IMG/VR virus record: IMGVR_UViG_3300045988_157337
Coordinates: 1-41,069 of that record
Length of the DNA stretch: 41,069 bases
Direction: 5' to 3' (one strand)
Origin: a virus
This document shows positions 27,222-36,369 of the stretch, piece after piece. The notes below the pieces were generated by a model. The model searched no databases. It worked only from the letters and a program-made list of their open reading frames with translations, and was not told the origin of the DNA. Each line of letters begins with the position of its first letter. The first letter of the stretch is position 1. A program made the translations under genes and the position numbers.

Positions 27222-28015
27222 TGCTCGCCCCCGGGGGCGAGGTAGCGCTCGAGGAAGTAGCGCTGGCCCTTCCCCGTGACTTTCGGGGTGCGGCTCACCG
27301 TGGTGTGCCCGTCCGGGTGCGTGACCGTGGTCTCCTTCACCTGGAAGAGTCCGGCTTCCATGCTTCTTTGGGTGGGCATGTTCCAGTCGGCGCCGCGCCT
27401 GCGGATGAGGTACCCGTCGGCGCGGAGGCGCGCGAACAGGCGGTTGGCGCCCACGTCGACGCCGTTCTGCCGCAGCAGCTTCGCCAGGTCCCCCACGAGG
27501 ATGCTCGTGTGGGAGGCGGCGACGGCGTCGGCGAAGAGGACCTTCCCGCGGTCGGCCTCGATCTTCGCTTTGGCGTGCCCGAGTTCGGTTTCGGCTTCGG
27601 CGGCGCGCTGCTGGGCGGCGTCGAGGGTGCGCTGGGCTTCGATGAGGGCGGCGGCCATGAGTTCCGGGCCCGTGAGGGCGGGGCGCGCCTGGTAGGAGCC
27701 GGTGCGGCGGATCTCGGGGAGGACCTCGTGGGTGACCCACCGCTTGAAGGCCTGTGCCGCCGTGGTCCGGGATCCGAGGATCGCCGTGTAGAGGCCGGCC
27801 TCGGAGATTACGGTCATTGCCTGGGGGCCGCCGGGGGTACGCACTTCGCGCGTACCCTTCTCGTCGTCGTCGAGGCGGCGTGTCATGTCGGACGCCATGC
27901 GGTATCTGAGGATGCACGCCACGTCGGAGGCGACGAACCAGGGGTCGCCGGTGGGGTCGATGTGGACGCGGACACGAGTTATGCCGAACTTGTAGGTGGT
28001 GACGGTGCCGTTCAT
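27218..28015 (-). CDS. Antirepressor (Bro-N domain plus KilAC/ANT-like C-terminal domain)
   Basis: 265 aa from the ATG at 28015 (ATGA overlap). Bro-N signature FGITRVRVHIDPTGDPWFVASDVACIL. The C-terminal part, VGDLAKLLRQNGVDVGANRLFARLRADGYL, is typical of KilAC. Confidence 0.75.
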   Translation of the reverse strand: MNGTVTTYKFGITRVRVHIDPTGDPWFVASDVACILRYRMASDMTRRLDDDEKGTREVRTPGGPQAMTVISEAGLYTAILGSRTTAAQAFKRWVTHEVLPEIRRTGSYQARPALTGPELMAAALIEAQRTLDAAQQRAAEAETELGHAKAKIEADRGKVLFADAVAASHTSILVGDLAKLLRQNGVDVGANRLFARLRADGYLIRRRGADWNMPTQRSMEAGLFQVKETTVTHPDGHTTVSRTPKVTGKGQRYFLERYLAPGGEQ

Positions 28016-28335
28016 TCCGGGTCCACCTCCCGCAGGGTCCCGTCGGGGATGTTGCGTCCGGGGAGGGTGAACGCCTCCCAGAAGTCGTGTGGGTGGCGGG
28101 CGTGGAACCGGGGCACGAGGTCGTCGGGGTGGGTGTAGACGACGTCGCCGACGCCCGCCCACGGGACGCCCCGGTGGATGATGGTCTGGTCGCACACCGT
28201 GTAGTCCCTGCCGAGCAGTTCGACGAGGGCGTGGATGGTGTCGTGGGTGATCTGGTGGGCGACGACGATGGTGCGCGCCTGGTAGGTGCTGGTGCCGGGC
28301 AGTGCTGCGAGCGTGTACAAGAGCTTTGGGTTCAT
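28012..28335 (-). CDS. Hypothetical protein
   Basis: 107 aa with the ATG verified. Confidence 0.55.
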   Translation of the reverse strand: MNPKLLYTLAALPGTSTYQARTIVVAHQITHDTIHALVELLGRDYTVCDQTIIHRGVPWAGVGDVVYTHPDDLVPRFHARHPHDFWEAFTLPGRNIPDGTLREVDPE

Positions 28336-28347
28336 TTCAGATTTCTT

Positions 28348-29616
28348 TCAGGTGAAGAGGGGGATGTTGATGTCGCGAGCGAGGCGCGACATGATGAGGG
28401 GCAGGTAGGACTCCTCCCGCTCAACGCCGATGACGCGCATCCCTTCGCGGATGGCGGCCTCGAGGGTGGTGCCGGACCCCGCGAAGGGGTCCAGGACGGT
28501 TCCCCCGTGCGGGGTGGTGAGGCGCACGAGCCACCGCATGAGCTCGAGCGGCTTGACCGTGGGGTGGGAGACGCCGTCGACGGTGGGCCGCTCGGATGCC
28601 GGGGCCTTCGACTCGTAGCGGAAGACGGGGAAGAACCTGCTGGGGCCGCCCTGGTCGTCGTATTCGGCGTCCAGGGCGCGGGCCGCCTCCTCGTCCAAGA
28701 CGACGTTGGTGGGCCACCGGCCGCCTTGGTGGGCGCGGGCCGCCCGGAGGGGCATCCGGCGGGTGCTGAGATTGAGGCTCGCACCGGGTGGCCGCTTGTA
28801 CGCGGCCACGTCCATTCCAGTGTGCTTCGCGTTGATCGCTTCGGCGTCTCCCTCGCTCATGGGGACTCGGCACGCGTCGACGTGGATGGCGCCGACCCCG
28901 TGGGCGAGGACGTTGTCAGCGACCGTCCCGCACAAGGGCTTGCGGGCCACCACGCACGGCTCGAACCCCGGCTTCAAGGCCGTGCCCCAGCCCTCCCATG
29001 CGCGAGCCTCAGCGGACGCGGGGACTGTGGTTGTGCGGTCGCCGGAGAATCCCCACCCGGACGCCTTGTCCCGTGGCGGCTCCTTCTTGCGCGTAGCCAC
29101 CTGTCGGCGGTGCCCGAGGCTAGCGTCGACTGCTGCGCCGACGTCGACGCTCTTGGGGAACCCCGACCCGTACAACCATGCAATCGAGTCCCTGACCTCG
29201 AATCCGGCGTCCTCGACGGCGCAGGCGAGGCGGTGCCACGTGCGTGCCCCCCCGAACGCCAGCAGGAACCCGCCGGGTTTGAGGACGCGCAGCGCCTCAC
29301 TGGCCCACTCGCCGCACCACTCCTGGAACGCCCACGCGTCCCGGAGGGAGCGGCTGTACCGGCCGGCCTCCACCGAGGCGCTCCGGTAGCCGCCGTGGGG
29401 GCCGCCCAGGCCGGGGGGCATGGGGGACGTGGCCCGACCTCGTTCCGTGCGTCTAGTGACGCGGGGAGCGTCCCACGCCTCCCCCATGAAGCCGATCCCG
29501 TACGGGGGATCGGTGACCACTGTGTCGATGCTGCACGCGGGCAGGGCGCGCATGACGTCCACGCAGTCGCCGCGGTAAACGGTGGCGGCGCTGTCGACGT
29601 AGTAGGGCGCGCTCAC
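28348..29616 (-). CDS. N4/N6 DNA methyltransferase (beta-class motif order), orphan
   Basis: About 422 aa from the GTG at 29616, preceded by AGGAG. DPPYG (motif IV) is near the N-terminus and LDPFAGSGTT (motif I) near the C-terminus. Confidence 0.8.
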   Translation of the reverse strand: MSAPYYVDSAATVYRGDCVDVMRALPACSIDTVVTDPPYGIGFMGEAWDAPRVTRRTERGRATSPMPPGLGGPHGGYRSASVEAGRYSRSLRDAWAFQEWCGEWASEALRVLKPGGFLLAFGGARTWHRLACAVEDAGFEVRDSIAWLYGSGFPKSVDVGAAVDASLGHRRQVATRKKEPPRDKASGWGFSGDRTTTVPASAEARAWEGWGTALKPGFEPCVVARKPLCGTVADNVLAHGVGAIHVDACRVPMSEGDAEAINAKHTGMDVAAYKRPPGASLNLSTRRMPLRAARAHQGGRWPTNVVLDEEAARALDAEYDDQGGPSRFFPVFRYESKAPASERPTVDGVSHPTVKPLELMRWLVRLTTPHGGTVLDPFAGSGTTLEAAIREGMRVIGVEREESYLPLIMSRLARDINIPLFT

Positions 29617-29819
29617 GGTGTGCTCCTGCTGGTGGTGGGGTGTGGGGTGCTGGCTGCGGCTTCGGCGGCCTCCCGCGTTGTGTAGGTCTCCCCCTCGCGC
29701 CCCGGGATGGTGAGCTCGTAGTAGGGGCCCTGGGGGCGGAAGAGCCCACGGGCCCTCACGTCCCAGTCCCCGTGGTATGTGCCGCAATCGGGGCACGGCT
29801 CGCGCCTGGGGATGCTCAT
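29613..29819 (-). CDS. Small hypothetical protein (CPDCG motif)
   Basis: 68 aa. ATGA overlap with the RecT stop and GTGA overlap with the methylase start. Confidence 0.5.
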   Translation of the reverse strand: MSIPRREPCPDCGTYHGDWDVRARGLFRPQGPYYELTIPGREGETYTTREAAEAAASTPHPTTSRSTP

Positions 29820-30853
29820 GCCGCACCCCCGTCCGGGCCGTCGATGTCGTCGTCCTCGTCGATGGCCAGCGCCTCGGCGTAGTACGCGGCGTCCTCCCCG
29901 GTGGCGATGACGCCCCCAGCGGTGGCCTCCTCCAGGGAAATGACCCCCCGCCGTGTCGGCGCCTGCTGCTGGGGCGCTTGGTCGTGGATGCTGGACCAGA
30001 TGGCCCGCATCTCGTCGACCACCCGCCGGGCGTTGTCGTCGTCCAGGGCCTCGATGCGGAGCACCTGCCCGCACACGCGGCGGACGAGTGCGGAGAACGT
30101 GGCCTCGTTGAGGTCGAGGCTACGGATGCCTCGGATCACGGCCTGCTGCGCGCGCGTGTAGCCCCCGCGCCGGGCAGTGGGCCCGGGCGCCGCCGGCGCG
30201 GGGGGCCTCTCCTGGCTGCGCGGGGCGGACTGCGCGGGCTGGTCGATGATGACGCGGCCCCGCGCGTCGACCACGGGGGCGCCCGCGTCGTCGAGCCGGG
30301 CGCCCAGCTCCTCGGGCGTGTACACCAGGCCCATGAGGGCGTCCGAAGCGCCCTGCCTACAGACCTCCGTGATGGCGCGGGCCCGGAGCATCTGGGTGGG
30401 GTACTGGGTCCACGGGCCCCGGTTCCCCCACAGGCCCGCCCTCGTGGCCTTCTCCCGGGTCCATGTCGCTGTGAACGCGCCGTCGGGGTCGTCGGCGCGG
30501 ATTAGGATCGCTGTCACCGACTCCGGGCCGTCCTCCCGGACGCGGAGCCGGTGGCCGGCGCGGCGGACGACGGCGGCCATGAGGTCCGCCGACAGTGTGG
30601 CGCGGCCGTTGATGACCGCGATGCTGTTGAGGGCTTGGATGGCGGGGATGCCCAGGGCGTTCCCCGTCTCGATGGCCACTAACACGTTCGCAGGTTTGCG
30701 CTGGTACTGCGTGGGGATGATGCTCGCCGCCGCCAAGGCCTTCGCGTACTGGAGGCGGGCCTGGACGTCGGCGGGGGCGAGGCTCAATCCCCCTCCGGGG
30801 GCGGCTGGGACGAGGCCCCGGCCGCCCCCGTTGTTCTCTTCTTCGTTACTCAT
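29816..30853 (-). CDS. recT: RecT-family single-strand annealing recombinase
   Basis: 345 aa. Conserved core IIPTQYQRKPANVLVAIETGNALGIP...PWTQYPTQMLRARAITEVCR. Confidence 0.8.
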   Translation of the reverse strand: MSNEEENNGGGRGLVPAAPGGGLSLAPADVQARLQYAKALAAASIIPTQYQRKPANVLVAIETGNALGIPAIQALNSIAVINGRATLSADLMAAVVRRAGHRLRVREDGPESVTAILIRADDPDGAFTATWTREKATRAGLWGNRGPWTQYPTQMLRARAITEVCRQGASDALMGLVYTPEELGARLDDAGAPVVDARGRVIIDQPAQSAPRSQERPPAPAAPGPTARRGGYTRAQQAVIRGIRSLDLNEATFSALVRRVCGQVLRIEALDDDNARRVVDEMRAIWSSIHDQAPQQQAPTRRGVISLEEATAGGVIATGEDAAYYAEALAIDEDDDIDGPDGGAA

Positions 30854-30866
30854 TCGTTACATCTCC

Positions 30867-31094
30867 TTAGATGGGGTCGAGGCCCCAATCGATCCGTTCG
30901 GCCCTGACCTTGTAGGCGCAGTCCGCGCACACGCTGGGCCCGGGCTCGTGGCAGTAGCGGCACCCCCCCCGGGCGGGGGCCGGGGGCGCGGGCGGGTTAT
31001 CGATATCCCACCCGCACCACCCGCAGACCCGGGTCCGCTGGTAGCGGGGAATCAGGTCCCCACAGCGGGGGCACCAATCATCGGCGTCCCTCAC
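30867..31094 (-). CDS. Cys-rich small protein (zinc-finger candidate)
   Basis: 75 aa with a GTG start after AGAGGGGGG. Contains CPRCG...CGWCG...CRYC...CADC. Confidence 0.5.
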   Translation of the reverse strand: MRDADDWCPRCGDLIPRYQRTRVCGWCGWDIDNPPAPPAPARGGCRYCHEPGPSVCADCAYKVRAERIDWGLDPI

Positions 31095-31404
31095 CGGCCC
31101 CCCTCTTGGCGTACTTCCAGTAGTCGGGGTCCCAGGACACCCACACTCGGCGCCGTCCCTTGGCGCCGCCGGCGCGGGACTGGACGCGCCAGCCCTCGCG
31201 CTTCGCAGCGCACCACCGGGCGAGGGTGGCCGCGTCCGCCCGCGACCACGCGCCGTCCTCCTCCTGGTCGTTGACGACCTGGAAGGGGGTGGGCGCCGCC
31301 GACTGGATGACGTGGCGCTCCTGCGCCGTTGTGACGGTGTAGAAGAACGCCTCGTCCTTGGAGCGCTCCTGGCGCCCAGGGAGCGCGACCTGCCGAATGC
31401 TCAC
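31078..31404 (-). CDS. Hypothetical protein
   Basis: 108 aa with a GTG start (GTGA overlap). Confidence 0.5.
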   Translation of the reverse strand: MSIRQVALPGRQERSKDEAFFYTVTTAQERHVIQSAAPTPFQVVNDQEEDGAWSRADAATLARWCAAKREGWRVQSRAGGAKGRRRVWVSWDPDYWKYAKRGAGEGRR

Positions 31405-31601
31405 TGCCGATCACCTCCACGGCGTCGGGGCCGCGTCGCGCAGTGGAGCATGCGCGCCCCCTGGCCGATCAGGGCGAGGGCGGCGACGAGGAGGACGAGG
31501 GCCGCGGCGTCGGCCACGTGGGCCGGGTCGAGTGCGGCGGCCAGGGCGATGAGGCCGAGCGTGGCCAGCCCCCCTCCGGTGAGGGCCTGGGCGCGCCTCA
31601 C
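31401..31601 (-). CDS. Small membrane protein
   Basis: 66 aa with a GTG start (GTGA overlap). Two Ala/Leu-rich hydrophobic segments. Confidence 0.45.
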   Translation of the reverse strand: MRRAQALTGGGLATLGLIALAAALDPAHVADAAALVLLVAALALIGQGARMLHCATRPRRRGGDRQ

Positions 31602-31855
31602 CTGTCCTCACCCCCGCAAAGGGTCACGTCGGCGAAGTCAACGATGACCCATCGCTTGGACGAGCGCCTGTTGTCCCGCAGGGCAGCCAGGACGGCCAGA
31701 GCGTCCCCGAGGGCATCGTGCGCTTTGTTGAGCCGCTCCCGGCTCAAGAGCGTTAAGTCCCGGCGCGTGTCCGCATCGAGGGTGGCGATGCGGGTGGCTT
31801 CGATCGCTGCCCGCACTGCGGCGACCCGCTCCTCGAACTCTTCCGCGGTGGTCAC
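31598..31855 (-). CDS. Hypothetical protein
   Basis: 85 aa with a GTG start (GTGA overlap). Helical and charged. Confidence 0.5.
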   Translation of the reverse strand: MTTAEEFEERVAAVRAAIEATRIATLDADTRRDLTLLSRERLNKAHDALGDALAVLAALRDNRRSSKRWVIVDFADVTLCGGEDR

Positions 31856-32058
31856 TGGTCACCACCCCGCTCCTGAGCGGCTCTCTCGTCGAGCCCGTCA
31901 GCGATATAGCGCAGCGCTGCCGCACAATCCGCGTAGGACATGTGGAAGCGCCGCACGTCCGCCAATCCGTTCCGACCGATCCTGACCAGCGCCAGTGTGT
32001 CGACCTCCAGCTGGTCCACAAACGCGACGGCGGCAGGGTCGAGCATTTCCTCGCTCAT
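31852..32058 (-). CDS. Hypothetical protein
   Basis: 68 aa from the ATG at 32058 (ATGA overlap). Confidence 0.5.
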   Translation of the reverse strand: MSEEMLDPAAVAFVDQLEVDTLALVRIGRNGLADVRRFHMSYADCAAALRYIADGLDERAAQERGGDQ

Positions 32059-33023
32059 CGCCGATCCCCCTCCCCGTCGCGGCTGGACTGGGGCCACACG
32101 TCGGCGACGACGCGAGCCTCCCGCACGCTGTCCCAGTGCTCCAGGGCGCACTGCCCCGAAGCACACTCGCAGAGGGCGTCAACGGGGACAGTGACCTCGT
32201 GGACGCTGATGTCACCCCCGACATGGTTGGCGGCGAGGGCGGGGGCCGGGTGCAGTGTGACGCGCATGCCGCGCGCCTGCAGGCGCTCCGCCTGCGCGGC
32301 GAGCGTCTCGCCCCGCGTTATTGCGTAGAGGCGGACCTCGCCCTTGTCGTCAATGGGGACGAGGTAGTCGGCGCACCACGCCCGCGCGGTGTACGCCCCC
32401 GCCTTCGGCACCCTGATCTGGATGCCGCTGCACACGGTGACTGTGTCGTCGTGGATGTAGACGACGACCATGGGGCCGGCCTCCACCTCCACGGCGTCGT
32501 ACGCGTGTACGCACACCGTGCCAGTCGCACGGACTTTCACGTTCCCGTAGGCGATGATGGTGGCGTTTCCCGTAGCTTCCACGATCGCCCACTGGTCGGC
32601 GATCACACGGACGAGGTCGTCCGCCGCGGCGTGAGACCAGTCCATGGCTGTCATGACAGCGCTGCCCTTGCCGTACAGGGTCGCGCCGTGCGCGGCGGAC
32701 GCGGCGCTGACATCGCGCACGTACCCCACTGACGAGTCCTCGGCGCGCAGGAACCCGCGGCCGAGAGAACAGACTTCAGCGGTGTCCTCCGACTCGATGT
32801 ACGCGCCCTCGGACAGGACGCTGGTGTTATCCCGCGCAGTGAGGCGCGCGGCGCCTCGCGCGTAGACTGAGGTATCGCCCACGACGTACACGTCCTTGCC
32901 GTGTGTTCCCCGTATCTCGATCCGACGTTTGGAGTCAACGATGATTTCGTCGTCTTTGGTGATCGCGGGGTCCGCGAGCGCCGCCTCGAGGGCTCCCACG
33001 GTCTTGCAGACAATTTCAGTCAT
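32055..33023 (-). CDS. Hypothetical early protein with beta-solenoid-like internal periodicity
   Basis: 322 aa from the ATG at 33023, preceded by AAGGAGGAGGAG. Contains repetitive short segments rich in V/A/G/T/D/S. Confidence 0.6.
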   Translation of the reverse strand: MTEIVCKTVGALEAALADPAITKDDEIIVDSKRRIEIRGTHGKDVYVVGDTSVYARGAARLTARDNTSVLSEGAYIESEDTAEVCSLGRGFLRAEDSSVGYVRDVSAASAAHGATLYGKGSAVMTAMDWSHAAADDLVRVIADQWAIVEATGNATIIAYGNVKVRATGTVCVHAYDAVEVEAGPMVVVYIHDDTVTVCSGIQIRVPKAGAYTARAWCADYLVPIDDKGEVRLYAITRGETLAAQAERLQARGMRVTLHPAPALAANHVGGDISVHEVTVPVDALCECASGQCALEHWDSVREARVVADVWPQSSRDGEGDRR

Positions 33024-33165
33024 CGGACTTCTCCTCCTCCTTGGTCTCGTTGATGCGCCGCTCCGTAGCGGCAATGAAGAACGAGCCGAGCTCGTATGGG
33101 GTTCGCATGCAATCTGGCATGACAAACCACGCGATTGCGTGGCGGATTCGGTGTAGGATTCTCAT
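33016..33165 (-). CDS. Small hypothetical protein
   Basis: 49 aa from the ATG at 33165. Lower-GC segment. Confidence 0.4.
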   Translation of the reverse strand: MRILHRIRHAIAWFVMPDCMRTPYELGSFFIAATERRINETKEEEKSDD

Positions 33166-33237
33166 GGGAGTCTCAGGATTCCTTTCAGGATTGGCCCCGC
33201 CCACCCGCTGTGGTGCGGCGGGGCCTCTGGTTTTCTT

Positions 33238-33456
33238 TCAGGCGTCCGCGAGTGCAGCGCGCCATTCGGCGGCTGCCTCTGCGGTGATGTAGAGGCGGCC
33301 TTGGCCGCCCCTCGTGCGCTTCGCCCTCAGGGGCGGGTACGCGGTGCTGGTGCCGGCGATGCACTGCCGCACCGTGCTTTCGCTCACCGCGTGGAGGCGG
33401 GCGAACTCCGCCACCGTCATGAGCAGCGGTGAGTAGATCACGGGAGGCTGGCTCAT
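33238..33456 (-). CDS. Excisionase-family / MerR-like HTH DNA-binding protein
   Basis: 72 aa from the ATG at 33456 (ATGA overlap with the Cro-like stop). Motif LLMTVAEFARLHAVSESTVRQCIA. Confidence 0.6.
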   Translation of the reverse strand: MSQPPVIYSPLLMTVAEFARLHAVSESTVRQCIAGTSTAYPPLRAKRTRGGQGRLYITAEAAAEWRAALADA

Positions 33457-33668
33457 GCTGCGCGCCCCGCACTGGCGATGAGGATGCCGCTGGGGCTGAC
33501 GCCCAGGGCCTCGCACACCCTCCCGAACTCGGTCAGGGTGAGGGTGCCGTGGCCGTTGAGTTTCCGGGAGAGCGTGGATTTGCTCATGCCTGCTGCGTCC
33601 GCGAGCGCGGCGACTGTGAGTCGCTGGCGCGCCATCTCGGCGCGGATCTCCAGGACGGGTCCGCGCAT
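33453..33668 (-). CDS. Cro-like XRE-family HTH regulator
   Basis: 71 aa from the ATG at 33668, preceded by ATAGGAGG. HTH LTVAALADAAGMSKSTLSRKLNG. Divergent from the repressor gene. Confidence 0.75.
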   Translation of the reverse strand: MRGPVLEIRAEMARQRLTVAALADAAGMSKSTLSRKLNGHGTLTLTEFGRVCEALGVSPSGILIASAGRAA

Positions 33669-33697
33669 GGGTGACCTCCTATCCATGTGGGGTATGG

Positions 33698-33747
33698 TGA
33701 TCCGGTACTGGATCATCCGCCACCAATGATGATCCAGTTTTGGATCA
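33698..33747. promoter_or_regulatory. Two 18-bp operator palindromes TGATCC-N6-GGATCA in the divergent switch region
   Basis: tgatccggtactggatca at 33698..33715 and tgatccagttttggatca at 33730..33747. A direct repeat, ttttggcgcg, occurs at 33760 and 33780. A -10-like TAGGCT lies 7 nt before the repressor ATG, suggesting a possibly leaderless mRNA. Confidence 0.65.
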
Positions 33748-33803
33748 CTGTCAACTCATTTTTGGCGCGCGCGTCCCACTTTTGGCGCGGTAGGCTTGGG
33801 CGT

Positions 33804-34196
33804 ATGGGCCTGAAAGCGTTGGAAATCAGCCAGTTCGAGAGGCAACTCATTGCCCGGATTGTTGCAGAGGCCACAGATCAGGGGGTGAGTCGGCGCGCAC
33901 TGGGGAGCCGGGCGGGCCTCAGTGTCGGGCGCGCACTGCGGATCCTCGCCGGCGAGGCGTCGTGCTCAATGACAGCGTTCGAGGCCCTGTGCGACGCGCT
34001 AGGCCTGGAGATGTGGCGTGTCGTCCAGGAGGTGGAGACCGGGGCCTCCGCCCCTGGTGGGGGCCTCGCCGTGGTCCCCGGGTACGGCGCCGACGTCGAC
34101 GCAGTTACCGAGGATGCGTACGAGGTGCCCTATGCTGCCCTCGACACCGGGACCGACCCCGGCGACGAGGCAGTGCAGATGATGGAGGCACCCTAG
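33804..34196 (+). CDS. CI-like XRE-family repressor
   Basis: 130 aa from the ATG at 33804. HTH region GVSRRALGSRAGLSVGRALRILAG and an acidic C-terminal tail. No SD upstream. Confidence 0.7.
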   Translation: MGLKALEISQFERQLIARIVAEATDQGVSRRALGSRAGLSVGRALRILAGEASCSMTAFEALCDALGLEMWRVVQEVETGASAPGGGLAVVPGYGADVDAVTEDAYEVPYAALDTGTDPGDEAVQMMEAP

Positions 34197-34198
34197 AG

Positions 34199-34609
34199 AT
34201 GATCGATCCCATGACCCCGCGCGAGGCCATGCTCCTCGCAGCAGCACACGCCTACGGCGTGACCGTCCACATGGGCGACCTGCCCGGGACACTGAGGGGG
34301 AAGTACGAGGCGAGCCGGGCGCGCATCGTCCTGCGTCGCGGCATGACGGAGGGGCAGAGGGTGAGCGCCCTCGCCCACGAGCTGGTCCACGCGCGCCGCG
34401 GCGACGACGGCCACCAGACGCGGGCAGTGGAGGCCCACGTCGACGAGGAGGCTGCGGGACTGCTGTTGGGCGCCGACGAGTACGCGCGGGCCGAGCGCCT
34501 GGTCGGCTGCGACCCGAGGGCGCTCGCCGTCGAGCTGGAGGTCACGCCGGGACTCGTGGAGTCGTGGCAGCGCCGCGCGGCCCAGCGCATCCCCGCCCTG
34601 CGCGCGTAG
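34199..34609 (+). CDS. ImmA/IrrE-family zinc metallopeptidase
   Basis: 136 aa. HEXXH motif in ALAHELVHARRGD. Starts 2 nt after the repressor stop. Confidence 0.75.
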   Translation: MIDPMTPREAMLLAAAHAYGVTVHMGDLPGTLRGKYEASRARIVLRRGMTEGQRVSALAHELVHARRGDDGHQTRAVEAHVDEEAAGLLLGADEYARAERLVGCDPRALAVELEVTPGLVESWQRRAAQRIPALRA

Positions 34610-34627
34610 GGGAGGAGGGTACAGGTC

Positions 34628-34666
34628 GAGGCCCCCGGGGCGCCGTACGCGCACCCCAGGGGCCTC
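34628..34666. terminator. Imperfect long hairpin between the convergent ImmA-like and integrase genes
   Basis: gaggcccc (34628..34635) pairs with ggggcctc (34659..34666). There is further internal pairing, and the hairpin is followed by ttcg. Confidence 0.45.
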
Positions 34667-34767
34667 TTCGCCTGAATGACCCCAGGCGCGAGGGCAATCC
34701 GGTGGAGCCGAACCCCACTGGATCTACGTGGTACCCGTCATTCTACCAGCAGTCGCGCGCATCTGCG

Positions 34768-35985
34768 TCACCCGGGCCCGAGGCGCAGGCGCTGCGCGAC
34801 CCGCTCCAACGCGGCCCGCGACATGTCCGTCGACACGTGCTGGTAGCCATGCGTCGTGACAATGTCCGAGTGCCCCATGATCGCCTTGATGACCTCCGGG
34901 TCCACGCCCGCGCCCAGGAGCAGCGTCGCCGTCGTGTGCCGTGCCTCGTGGAGGACGTAGGGCCGGCCGTCCGCGCGGGCGACCCCGGCGGCGGCCTGTA
35001 GGCGCTTCCAGGCCGCCCTGTCCGCCTCCGACGTGCGCGGCCGCTCCGGGCGCGCCAGGTCGTACCACACGAGGCCGGTCGGCGAGCGCGGGGCCGCGGC
35101 CAGATCCGCGAGCGCCGTCCGCATCCACGGCACCAGCGGGATCACCCGGTACCCGCTCCGCGTCTTCGGCCTGACCAGGTGGAGCGCGCCCCACACGCGG
35201 CGCGCCTCGTACCCGTCGGGCATGACGAAAGTCCCGGAGGCGCGGTCCAGGTAGCGGAGGGCCTGGAGCTGCCAGGACACGTCCACGGTCCCGGCCTCCA
35301 GGTCCACGCACTCCCACGTGAGCCCCAGGACCTCGCCCTGGCGCATGCCCTGGAGGAGTGCGGCGACCCACCGGGCGGCGTCGGGGGTGCCGGCCGCGTG
35401 GTCGAGGAGGCGGATGGCGTCGGCCTCGGGGATCGCGGCGCGGGTGGGCGCCGCGCGGCGCGGGGCCGGCGCGATGATCGCCCGCTGCGGCACCTGGTGC
35501 CCCTCGACGACGGCGGCGCGGAGGGCCTGCTGGAGGATCCGCTGGGCCGTCTGCGCGGTCGTCGTCGACCGCCCCGCGCTGGTGATCGCGGTCGTGAGGG
35601 CCCGCATGTCCTGGGGGCCGAGGCCGGCCAGCTTGCGGCGCCCCAGGACCGGGACGATCCACGTGCGCGACATCGACTCCTCGAGCGCCGAGGTCTTCGG
35701 CCTGACCGTGCGGCGCCGCCCTTCGAGCCACTCCCTCATCCACGACTCGACGGAGGCGCCGGCGCGCACGCCCTCGGGCGTCAGCCCCTCCAGCTTCACC
35801 TCCTTGCGGCGCGCCTGGAGCTTGTCCCACGCCCGTTGCTTGTCGCGGTCGCTGACCGTGATGCGGCGCCGGGTGCCCCGCGACGACCAGCCGGCCTCGA
35901 TGGTGCCGACCCACCGGCCGTCGGAGGCGCGCTGGTAGAAGCTGCCCTCGCCGTGGGGCAGCTCGTACTTCCGGGACCTCGGCAT
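34768..35985 (-). CDS. int: Tyrosine integrase
   Basis: 405 aa from the ATG at 35985, preceded by GAAAGGGGGG. C-terminal catalytic signature LHEARHTTATLLL...IMGHSDIVTTHGYQH. Confidence 0.9.
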   Translation of the reverse strand: MPRSRKYELPHGEGSFYQRASDGRWVGTIEAGWSSRGTRRRITVSDRDKQRAWDKLQARRKEVKLEGLTPEGVRAGASVESWMREWLEGRRRTVRPKTSALEESMSRTWIVPVLGRRKLAGLGPQDMRALTTAITSAGRSTTTAQTAQRILQQALRAAVVEGHQVPQRAIIAPAPRRAAPTRAAIPEADAIRLLDHAAGTPDAARWVAALLQGMRQGEVLGLTWECVDLEAGTVDVSWQLQALRYLDRASGTFVMPDGYEARRVWGALHLVRPKTRSGYRVIPLVPWMRTALADLAAAPRSPTGLVWYDLARPERPRTSEADRAAWKRLQAAAGVARADGRPYVLHEARHTTATLLLGAGVDPEVIKAIMGHSDIVTTHGYQHVSTDMSRAALERVAQRLRLGPG

Positions 35986-36002
35986 CCCACCCCCCTTTCT
36001 CC

Positions 36003-36249
36003 TGTAGCCAATCGTGTAGCCATCACTATGGTATCCTAGTGCGCCGCCGTGGTGTGCGGACTGGCGGGATTCCGCCGTTTCCGCCGCGCCTGCGCGTCTG
36101 GTGCGCTGGTGTAGAACCAGTGCTGCCAGGGGTGGGCGGGCCCGGTGGGGGGTGGCTGATGCTTCCTGTGGGGACAAGGGAAACCGCCTGCGTGCACCAA
36201 GCCGGAACCAGGGCCCACATGGGGGCGTTTTCAGCCATTCTTGTAGCCA
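36003..36249. repeat. TGTAGCCA direct repeats (36003, 36015, 36242): candidate integrase arm-type sites / attP region
   Basis: Three exact 8-mers lie in the roughly 600-bp non-coding region upstream of int. Confidence 0.35.
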
Positions 36250-36369
36250 CTCGTACCCCGTAGCAGGTTTCCCGCGTGATTGCGCGGGTGCGGCGTGGTC
36301 GGCGGCGCGCTCGCGGGGTTGGTGATGACGCCGACGCCCCATACCCTCATGTATGACTCGATATACATT

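Noticed and set aside
34680-34745. A possible tRNA 3' fragment (attP core) between the ImmA-like gene and int, seen as GTGGGGTTCGGCTCCAC on the minus strand.
   Set aside because: The putative T-arm does not fit canonical T-loop and stem rules (loop GTTCGGC; a G.T pair closes the stem), and there is no acceptor/CCA context. I left it unannotated.
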